Part shown: one piece after another, positions 47,320-57,743 of the stretch | Layout of the letters: each line of letters begins with the position of its first letter | Position numbering within the stretch: position 1 is the first letter of the stretch | NCBI GenBank assembly: GCA_000934665.2 | Contig: KZ538309.1 | Location: 1-64,000, forward strand | DNA from: Catajapyx aquilonaris | Taxonomy: Eukaryota | Reading direction: 5' to 3' | DNA: 64,000 nucleotides | Translations under genes and position numbers: made by a program | Notes under the pieces: generated by a model | Databases searched by the model: none | Seen by the model: the letters and a program-made list of their open reading frames with translations, nothing else | Told to the model about the DNA's origin: nothing

Positions 47320-48443
47320 TCATTTACCACCGAGCATCTTAACCAGCAATGGCACAGTTACAACAACAATCCCAGTGCACCAGAGAGCCAGATTCACATT
47401 GCGTCTATCCTGATCCAAAATAATATCTTCCACAGTTGTAGGCAGAAATCCAGGATCCAAGTAAGCCTGCACTGGTGAGTCCACCTTGTTAACCATTTCC
47501 TCCAGGATTCTTCCCTGTATCCTCAGCTCCTCTAGAATGGTTCCAGTCACATTTAAAAGCATCTTATTTTCCTTGTTATCCACCTCATCGACCATGGGAG
47601 CCCGCAAATTGGACGCGTCTTGCACTATTATCCGCAACTCTTTCATCTTGAGCCTGTTGCTGATTCCGGTGCCAATTATACCGACCACAGCACCACACAC
47701 AGACCCAATAATAGACCAGTACTTGGTGGCTTCTGCCTGGGCACGTTCCTTTTCATGACTGAAGCGGAGGGAGCTGGATAACGCGGAGAATCTGTCTCGC
47801 TCCTGGGACTCCAGGATCTGGAACTGCTCCAGGTGGCCCTTTTCTTCCCGGATAAGGTTGTATTCCTGATATGAAATATTGCATGTTTTAGACACATTTC
47901 TGCTCAACGATACATGTGTTAGGAAAAAGCTTTGCGGTCGTTCAGTGGGAATATTACAGGGCAGTGAAAAACAAGCTGTAACCGCACCTGCGTGATGAGT
48001 GTAAGGTACTTGTCATCTCCTCTTTGCGCCCTATCCAACTCCAACCGCAGTTCCTTCAGCTTACTCTGCAGCGACGCTAACTGAAGCTGTGCCTCCCTAC
48101 GAGCCGTCTGCGCATCGATGAACTTTCCCTCCGCTGACAGCACACGCTCGTGGGCCACCTTCACATCAGTCAGGCCAATAAAGTTTTCATACTGACGAAC
48201 CACATTACCTAGTAAAAAGGCAAGGTCATTATCTTTCATTGCATACATAGTCTTTTGCTTGTGCATACCGTGCACCGTACCTATCTTCTGGTATATCCGT
48301 CCCTTGACCTTCTCCGCGATTCCTCCGCCTGTCGAAGGCATCGTCGAAGATTCTCGACATCGCCCAGCAGCAACAATCAGCAGCATTGGAGGCCGGGGGT
48401 GCCCAGCTTTCCAACTCACACGAACCACCATGGAAGCCGCCAT
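47320..48443 (-). CDS. CCDC51: Mitochondrial potassium channel / coiled-coil domain protein 51
   Basis: Exons 48443 (or upstream ATG 48503)-48281, 48208-47988, 47865-47320. Motifs YENFIGLTDV, LDRAQRGDDKYLTLITQEY, ERDRFSALSSSLRFSHEKERAQAEATKYWSIIGSVCGAVVGIIG and a C-terminal TM. The N-terminus resembles a mitochondrial presequence. Confidence 0.9.
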
Positions 48444-49068
48444 CTTTGGATTCAGGGGTGCCAAGGGGCCAAGGTGCCAACACGTGCTTACGGATCGAAG
48501 CATTACCAACCTGCAATACAGCCATGGAGAGCTTATCCTTTTAAAAAAACAAAAACAAATCCATTTTTTTTTCTATTTTTGTGTTAAAAATACATTGGGA
48601 TCGAATTTTGAAGCGCGTTTGCCAGGCCTTAAAAATAGCAGAAACAGGTGCCATTGAATTTGTACCTTTATTTATGTCCATAGCACAAACTGCACAATAT
48701 AGTGAACGATAGTGAAAATATATTGTATTGAAAATGGGAACTCGCATGATAAGTTGTATATTTATATTCTACAAAAAAATATATTTAAGAGCACAACAAA
48801 AAAAATTCATCTTACACATTCATTGCAAGAAGTGTATAAGAAAGCTTGACATTCTACGCAACAGTACTATCGGGTTTCAACACAATTCACACAAGATGAA
48901 ATGTGGCAAGAAGCCCTTCCCTGGGACAATTCAAATAAGCAGCGCCTTCCGGCCTGGAAATCCTTGTCAGCACCACATCATGCCACACCACCCACAAACC
49001 ATGTCCTGCAACGAAACAATTGTAGATCTGAACCAATGGAGCATAATTATAATGGCGGTAATTTAATA

Positions 49069-51786
49069 TTATGAGGACAGAACAAATTCAACTAGACCTA
49101 AATGAAAGGTTTGGCTAATGCTTACATGGTTACTATCCATATTGTCTCTACTTCTTGCTCTGACTCCGTGGCGTCTGCGTCTCTTAGGTCTCTTCTCTTC
49201 TTTTACTTCTTCTTTCTCTTCAGACTGCCGCGTGTCCTGAAAGACATCCACAGGTTCCGGCATATTCGATTCAACCCCTTCTTCGGGCTCTTTCCTCGAA
49301 AGGAGTTCGAAGCCCTCCTCTAGCAAGAGCCTCTCCTCCGCACTCATGGTGGTGGCATACATGCAGCTCTCCACCATCTTCTCCAGCATCTCATTCTTCT
49401 CCGCAGTTACCTGCTCAAGAGTCTTGTACTTGTCGCCTATTCTAACCATTTTGTCTGTTTGTCCTGGCTTGAATGGGGTTGACGATGGCGGCAGTGGAGA
49501 TGATGGCGGCCGGGGTGACGGTGGGGACCGTCGCGACCGTGGAGACGAAGGGGGCGATGTATCCAACACATGCGAAGAATACGACGGTGGCGAAGTATGC
49601 GACGGTAGTGACGGAGATGTCACAGACGGCGAATGGGATGGTGATGACGAAGGTGTCCCATACGACGGATGTGATGGTGGTGACGGAGGCTTCACAGACG
49701 GCGAATGGGATGGTGATGACGAAGGTGTCCCATACGACGGATGTGATGGTGGTGACGGAGACTTCACAGACGGCGAATGGGATGGTGGAGACTTCACAGG
49801 CGACGGATGTGATGGTGGCGACGGAGACGTCACAGACGGCGAATAAGATGGTGATGACGATGTCCCAGATGACGGAGGTGTCCCTGAAGACGGATGGGAT
49901 GGTGATGACGGAGACGTCACAGACGACGGCTGGGATGGTGATGATGGAGACGTCGTAGACGACGGATGAGATGGTGATGCTGGAGACGTCGTAGACGACG
50001 GATGAGATGGTGATGATGGAGACGTCGTAGACGACGGTTGGGATGGTGGCGTCGGAGACACAGACGGCGGATGCGATATTGACGACAGAAACTTCATCAA
50101 CGACGAAGGCGACGATGGCGGAGATTCTGGCTGTGTTTCGGTGGGTGGTGACGAAGACGTCAGTGACACCTGATGTGATGTTATTGACGGAGACGGCAAC
50201 CGATGCGACGAATACGACTCGGGTGACGGAGGCGTCGGAGACGTCGGAGGCAACCGATGCGACGACCACGACGAATACGAGTCTGGTGACGGAGGCGTTG
50301 GTTGTGGCACATTTTCCATGTGTACAGACATCGTCACCACCTCTGCTTCTTGCTGTATGCGCTTCTCTTCAGCTTCCCTAGCTAACATCATCATCTTTTT
50401 GCGACTTAGGTGCTTCAGCAGGGACGGGTCCACGGAATACTTCACGTCTGTCTGGATGTCTAAGATGTAGTTGGCTACTTCCGGCATTTTCTTATTCAGC
50501 GTCAGCAGGCCTACTCCTATGCTCAAAATGACCACTCCTTGCCACCGGAAAAGAAAACCAAATGTGAACACATTCTACATGTCATATCCTCACATTCTAC
50601 AGTACGTGTCATACTGACATTAGTGGAGAGCAGCTGGTGCGAACCTACCGAGAGCGATGCTGAGCCAATAGCACCATCCGTATGCAAGTGTTAGGTATTG
50701 GTAGCCTCCACCGGCCGTAACAAACGGGATGGACAGGTCAATGTTCTTGTTGCGTAATAAAGTGTATGAAGCGACGCTCATAAGCAGCATGACCCCACTG
50801 CTAATCATCCAGAAGCATGACAGACTTACCACGCTCATCGATGCAACGCAACCAGTCACCCAGCAAAACAAGGATCCTCTGAAACACGTTACATTGTGTT
50901 TCGCGATGATTCCGACACACTTCTGACCAATATTCAAAGGAGCATCAGGGCTTACGTATTGAGCAACCTGCAGAACCACCCTGTGGTACGGTAGTTTCGA
51001 CCTAGCCGCATCCCGTCTTCGTCGATGGATAAGTACTCGAACAGCCACGTGACGGGCTCTGGAAACCCCTTGGTTTTGGAGTCTCGAAACTGCTTTTGAA
51101 GTGGGTCCCTGAGACCACTTCCTGCCTCGCCTTTTGGGCCCATCCAAAGGAATGATTTGCCAAATTCCACGTTTCTGTCTACCCTCTTGTCCACACCTGA
51201 TATGACGGAGAGGAAAACGTATCCATCACATGTTACTACTAAAATGTGTTCAGTCCTTTGGGCTCACCTTCTCCGTCAACTTCAAATTCGCTGATCCCGA
51301 TATTCATGCAAACGTCGAAGATTCCTTCTCTTTTATGAAAGGGGATGACCATGCGGATACATCCCCTTTCCCAGCCTAAGCCTTCCAACACGGCTGCAAT
51401 GAAACTCTCATTAATTATATTTTCCTTTCACAATTAAATTTGATGTGAATCCAATTCTCTTTGTGTCTGCATTTCAGTGAATTTCTGGTAGCACTTGATT
51501 AGGCCTAATAATATTTTCACGGCTCACCGTAACAGCGATACTCACCATAAATACCAATGGCAATGAATATGCAGACGAACCAGCGAAAAGCTGAGAATGC
51601 TTTTACCTGAAAATGAGATTTTTGAATAATTCGGGATATTTTATTAGCAATACTTTCTAATAATGTCAATGTTGCAACCAAGTTTGATTCCATGATGGCT
51701 ACTATACAGCTACATGTTAAATCATATTGTTGCATTTCAGAAACATGTGCTTGCTTAGGAGATAATATGTTTGTCATACTCACCAT
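49069..51786 (-). CDS. Divergent dual oxidase maturation factor (DUOXA/moladietz-NIP)-like membrane protein with long Pro/Ser-rich tail
   Basis: Phase-consistent exons ATG 51786-51784, 51606-51546, 51393-51268, 51196-50956, 50878-50649, 50537-49069 (the 3' end may splice again at about 49126). Family-like motifs KGFPEPVTWLFEYLSIDEDGMRLGRNYRTTGWF, LFCW, LSIPF and YGWCYWLSIALG. Confidence 0.78.
49560..50300 (-). repeat. Coding tandem repeats (36-bp and 72-bp units; SSTTSPSSPSHP and SPSVKSPSPPSHPSYGTPSSSPSH)
   Basis: Visible repeats of gacggatgtgatggtggtgacggagac-type units; several frames on both strands are open as a by-product. Confidence 0.9.
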
Positions 51787-52416
51787 TATCTCTTAACATA
51801 GATGTCAGTTCTCAATATCTGTGCTCAAAACCCACTTGCGAATACTGCCAGTCCTGTAACCACTGTGGAAAAGTTGACTGCGTAAAGAGTGTGTAGACAA
51901 TTTCAGAAAAAGAATGAATGAGTGAAAGGTCGCCTAGGCCACTGTCACCTGATTAGGCTGAGGCGGAAGTGTTGGACACGTGGTTCTTACTTATACACCA
52001 GATAAAATATTACATCAAACTTTAAAAAATAATTCACTGAAAATAAATCGGGAAACTCACATATCGTAGCAACATTAACAATTGCGGTTATTATTATAAT
52101 AAATGGTCATATTATTGACGGTCCCCAACACTACAGTGTGGACAACATCACAAAACAGTGATAAATTGGCTCTCGAACAGACCTTGAGGAACACCCTGTT
52201 TCAGCAACAGTTGAAGACGTTCACCACTGAGCCATGGCCTATTATTTTATTAACTCTTGGTGAAGCATGTACCAATGTCCATTTTCACCTCTTCCCTGCA
52301 ACACTTTTAGTTGTCCAATTTGCAATAAATAACTAATCACACGCATCACAAGTCACCATCAGTTTTAAACATCACTTTTGATTGTCACGTGCTTGTCACT
52401 CACTGGTTTCGTGTGG

Positions 52417-53535
52417 TTAAGGAAAGACGTCGAAAGCACCCAAGGAGTGGTCTTCTCCAGGTGGTGCGTACTTTGGCCTGCAGACACACCCACTCTCCAC
52501 CAGCACGTAGTCCTGACCGGTGAGAGTCACAGGTCCCAAGGGAATCACCAGGAATAGGTACGGGATGTAGGTCTGCACGCATTCGCCATGCATTACGTCG
52601 CACTCTTCTGATCTGGGTTAAAAGTTAAAAGCAGGGTACAGTTGACTCATCATGTACCTATAGTATTATATGGGTTATGGGAACTTACTCGCACTGTTCG
52701 TACACCACTTGCTGCAGCAGGTCAGGGAACTTCTGCACGATGGTGACTGGTTGACCCGATGTCAGCGAGACACCGTACATGGGCGCCGTGGTGTTGAATC
52801 TAGATCGACACAGACGACCAGGCGCACTTCTGCACCTCGCTGACCCTCCTGTTGGCAGCGATGTTTTGTTCGTCACCTTCGAGTCTCCTGAAGATTCAGA
52901 TGCGTTTTCTGCTGCCCTTCCTGCAAGAGTTTTACAATGAAGTACGAATATGGCTTGAAGTTGAACTTTGTACCCTTACCTTGTCTCCAGGACTTCAGCT
53001 TCACCCCTGAGTGTATCGCTCGGTAGTTTCTTAGGAGGTTTTGCCTGGTGACATAGGGGTCCACCACCTGCACCATGGCCCTCCCTCGACGGCTGCTACC
53101 CCAATTGGTAGACACCAGTCTGGACACCGCTTTACTGGAACACAATGCAACAACACATTACCCTCTACGTGGAAGTGTGATGGGTACCACTCAATTCATA
53201 ATTACCCCTGGCTTCATTTCTGTCCCTTCTTTGATAAGAGTGGACAATAAATTTCACTTTGTTACATTGTTTGTAACCATAAGTTCAATCGCTAAGCAAT
53301 ACACATATCCGTTACTTGAGTGTCCAAAAAATAAAATAAATAAATACAGCAGCGGTTATACTCACATAGGGTACGGATGTCCATCTCTTCCAATGCAATC
53401 GGTGGATGCTGCGAGTGCGTCTCCCCATAGATGTCTTAGCCTAGGGCCAGAACTGGAGCACGTGGTCTGGGATGTACCGGTGGCTACTCCGCACAAGCAG
53501 GCAGCCACCACCGTCCTCACGATCCAAGACCGCAT
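52417..53535 (-). CDS. spz6: Spaetzle-6-like secreted cystine-knot (Toll ligand / neurotrophin-like) protein, about 250 aa
   Basis: Exons 53535-53366 (signal peptide MRSWIVRTVVAACLCGVATG), 53134-52980, 52920-52689 and 52612-52417 join in frame. The C-terminal domain CRSRFNTTAPMYGVSLTSGQPVTIVQKFPDLLQQVVYEQCESEECDVMHGECVQTYIPYLFLVIPLGPVTLTGQDYVLVESGCVCRPK matches my recollection of insect Spz6. Confidence 0.88.
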
Positions 53536-56462
53536 CTGTAATTAACAACCAAAACACCTGCTTACAACACATAAGTACCGGTATCGCCGTTACAAAAGTT
53601 CGCTCCCCATATGCTGCCCCACATTGTGACAAAATACTAACAATGACTAAGCGGATCCGTACTGTGTACCGGTCGGTCACAGAAAAGACATACCGCAAAG
53701 TGCAAACCATCCGAAAAATTAATCGGCACGACACAGGTGAGAACACTGCCCCCGTTATGCCATCCACCATCATTGGCCCAATGATGCAACTGTTCGATTG
53801 GCCCACATTTTGGGTCTTCCACCATAACAATCTGGGGTGGTAGGACTTAGCGGGGGTTTTTTCCCCCTCAAGTAATGTCCCGTTACCTAGACAGTGACCT
53901 ACGTGGCCTTCACCTTTTCTCAGAAGTCCCCACTTTTGTAAATGACACGATGGGAACATATCTTCAAAAGTCCCTAGTTCGCAACGGTAGAAGCTTGCCT
54001 AAATTTTTTTCTTCTTCTCAGCTACTTCTGTCACGATGTTTTTGTCAGGTAGCAAAACCACTGTTATGTCCTCAGGGTCTGGGGTAAGGTGGGTAGGTAG
54101 AAAAGATTATTTATCGTGGGGTCGAAACGGTGGGCTCATTTGGGCTATTTGGACGTGGAAGAATGTGGCCGGAAGTACGGTTTTTGGTGATGGCCACATT
54201 CTAAGAAGGACATCAACCTCGAGGGTTTAGGTAACCACTGTGTATATAGCAGGTCACATTCAAATTTAAATGTCATTTTAATACAACAAATCCGGTTTTA
54301 GCATGTGGTAGGTCAACTATTTTGTCGTAAGGCCAAATAGGACATGTCCCACGAAAGCATAAGTAAAAATTCCCTGGTTCCCATCCTCCTGACCTAATTG
54401 GCAAGGGAAATTCCATGACCTCGCCTCTGACCAGGTAAATATACCAGAGGAAGCACCTCTCTTCGCATTGTTGCTTCCTATGTAATATAGTGATCAATGG
54501 CCCAAGACAGAACTAGTTGCAGGCCGAAACATACAGGTTAGGTTAGTGACCTCGTCTCAACATTTTTCCCCCCCTCTATTTGATAGTTCAGATCTGGATT
54601 CAAGGCCGGACAACGGTGCTGTTCAAATATTTTTTCCACCTGTTGTACAGGGTGTGCTGTACTGTACAATTTGGCAACTGTGCTCTAATTTACACGATTT
54701 TGTGGAGTGGCAAAAGGGGAGTGGAAAAAAAATGTGAGGCAGTGACTCTTTCAGGGACAACTATGTGCACGCTACATACCTTGACCTTCCATCACAAGGT
54801 GGCATATAGTGGAAGGTATAAAAATGTATTGTCATCGTATTGACTTATTGCGCAGGTCAACACAAAGGAGCCTTCGTAGAAATAAAGGCGTTTAGAAGAA
54901 AAGGCCTGGTAGAAACAAGAATTAGGTGTTTGGCTCATTCTAAGAATAACATTGTGGGGTACAATAATTAATGAGTGTAAAGTGTTATTATTGGTGATTA
55001 TTCCGGTGAAGTCCCAATTCTGAAAATTGATTTTCGCACAAACGTTTGCACTGATTACCTTTTAAAATTGCCTTTAAACTGACAATTCGAATATTAGCAC
55101 GATGTGAACGTACACTATTGTTTACTGATTGTTAATTACAAGTAAATTTCTTGGGGGTAAAATAATAAAATACTGAACATGTCAGCAACAATGTATTTTT
55201 CAATAAATGTACCAGCACATGCCAAAATCGCGCAATTTAAACGCCTCATTACACTTGTACATCCAATATCAAAATAATAACGATTCAAAATTACCTTCTG
55301 CTGCCCCTGAGCGCCCAAAAGGACACGTCTCATGGTCCTTCTGCTATAACAAACTGCAGTGTATCGCACAAGACACCAAACCGCAATGCACATGCACACC
55401 AAGCATCACTTATGGCCAACCTACAGTATACAGAAGAAAAAAAAAAACAACAGCAACCTTGGCCAAGTGTTCTGCTCGAGTGCTGAGACTCTTCTGAAGA
55501 CCGCTTCACTTGGCTGCTGGACTTGTGGCCTCAGGGGGCCCTCCTTTTGCGGGACACTAGAAGAAGAAGGTAACTACCACCTGGTTGTTTGGCCCCGACA
55601 TAAGGAGGATGGGAACTACAAGAATGTGGGGCGGTCACATGCTGTTGGACTATACTTTGGCTCGTGCTCGTAATTGCGTGGGCGTAGCCTGTTGACACTT
55701 CCTCGTCCGCATCTGTCACTGATTGTTCACACGAGCTGGTACACGCTACTTGAATGCGCATTCAGACGAGCAACACCCATATGTGCCAATATGTTCCGCT
55801 TGAATTAGCGGAAAATTGCTAAAATTAATTAAGTAAAGAAGGACGTAGCTCATTGAATATGTTATTGCACATTTTTAAAACTTTCCGCCTATTTATTAAT
55901 TTTATTAATTAGCCTGTATAGGCTACACTCTGCATAAATAAATAAAAATTTAAGTTATCCTTATCCACTTAACTAGTGCTTAAATTAAAGTGTCTGTAAA
56001 TGTTGAGAGAAAAGTGCGAAGAGTGTAATTTTGAAGCACTTTTGCCACCTGTTATGGTAATATGAAGAAGCGAAGCACGCCCTGAAGTTGCACGTGGTCA
56101 GCAAAGCATAATTTTGACGTCATTATCTTGATTTCGGGAAGAGGTAGCGTAGAACATGATACGATAAAGTATAACTCAGCTTTCCGGTATAGTGGCGTTA
56201 ACTGACGTTTATGCATTTTGTGTCGCCTTCGAATGCACTCAAACACGAACAACAATACTGTTATCAACTTTATAGTTAGTTGCATTTTATTTATCATTTA
56301 TCATTCAGGATCATTCGGAATGACGAATGTTTTTTTGATAAAATGAATATTACCTGCTGGTCACATACGATGTAGGTGATATGGGGCACATCAGAACATT
56401 GCACAGTACAGTACAAAAAATGCAGTCATGTGATATGCCTCATTGGCATATCAAGACTGTAG

Positions 56463-56522
56463 CCAATGAAATGCAATGTACTCCTTATAAAAGCTGGGAC
56501 ACCAGTTTCATCAGCCTCCATT
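56463..56522 (+). promoter_or_regulatory. CCAAT + TATA core promoter of the Tyr-rich gene
   Basis: CCAAT at 56463, TATAAAA at 56486 and an Inr-like CCATTT about 31 nt downstream; ATG at 56577. Confidence 0.6.
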
Positions 56523-56576
56523 TTCTCGTATTCGGACTCCAGGTGACGTACTCTGCATAATACTCGGCTCTTCAAT

Positions 56577-57396
56577 ATGATGGGAAAGGTAACTGATTGA
56601 CATCTAAGGGTGTGGCAAATTTTATAACTAATTTCTCTTTATCATTACGCAGTACTTGTTCCTCTACGCTCTGCTGGTGCCTTTTACTGCCGGCCAATAC
56701 TACGACAAACCTTCATATGGACATGAGATGGGCTACGGATATGAGCACCCGGGCTATGCGGAGCAGTCGTATGGTTATGGGAAGCCGCCATACGGGTACG
56801 AGCCATCATATGGATACGAGAAGCCATCGTACGGGTACGAGCAGTCCTATGGATACGAGAAGCCATCTTATGGATACGAGCAGTCATATGGATACGACAA
56901 ACCATCGTATGGATACGAGCAGTCCTATGGATACGATAAGCCGTCGTACGGATACGAGCAGTCATATGGATACGAGAAGCCATCTTACGGGTACGAGCAG
57001 TCATATGGATACGAGAAGCCATCTTATGGATACGAGCAGTCGTATGGATACGACAAACCATCGTACGGGTACGAGCAGTCCTATGGATCCGAGAAGCCAT
57101 CGTACGGCTACGAGCAGTCTTCTGGGTACGAGAAGCCATCCTATGGACACGAGAAGCCATCGTACGGCTACGAGCAGTCCTACGAGAAACCTTCCTACGG
57201 ATATGAGCAGCCTAAATATGGGAAGCCTTCTTATGGGTACGAGCAACCCAAATACGAGAAATCATACGAGTACGAGCAACCCAAGTATGAAAAATCATCC
57301 TACGGTTATGAGCAGCCCAAGTACGAGAAGCCTGCCTATGGTTATGAGAAGCAATCTTCTGGATACGAAACCAAAAAGGACTCTTACAATTATTAA
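56577..57396 (+). CDS. Secreted tyrosine-rich tandem-repeat structural protein (YGYEKPS/YGYEQS)
   Basis: Exon 56577-56588 (MMGK) and exon 56653-57396 (YLFLYALLVPFTAG signal peptide, then repeats). Synonymous variation between repeats favours this frame. AATAAA at about 57426. Confidence 0.9.
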
Positions 57397-57743
57397 CATT
57401 CAAACCGTTGTACAACATTTATCAAATAAAACATGTATAAACGTTTAAACAATTTCTAGTTCACAATTCTTTCCTTTAAAACTTCGCACAGCTTAATGAC
57501 AACACATTGCTACGATGATACGATTGATACGATATAATAAATACACAAGCTGCTAAGCTAATAAATTTTTGAAAAGGTTGAGATAATATTTGAAAAGCAG
57601 ATTAATTTCCGGTCCCCTTATCCAGTAACCCTAGCAATTGCTTTCAATTAGTATTGGCTCCTGATTACTAAATGATTAATGTCCTAGTCGATGTCCTTCA
57701 CAACAACACTGTGGGCTAGACCGTGATTGTGCAGTTAGTAATC

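Noticed and set aside
49346..50381. Long alternative-frame and antisense ORFs over the Pro/Ser repeat
   Set aside because: By-products of stop-poor tandem repeats; only the 500-aa frame splices to the upstream exons.
54536..54546. GGTTAGGTTAG as a telomerase RNA template or interstitial telomere
   Set aside because: Only about two TTAGG units, with no supporting promoter or structure; common in arthropod repeats.
56597..57448. 283-aa MDTRSH-repeat ORF and antisense ORFs
   Set aside because: Shadow frames of the Tyr-rich gene; variation between repeats is synonymous in the YGYEKPS frame.
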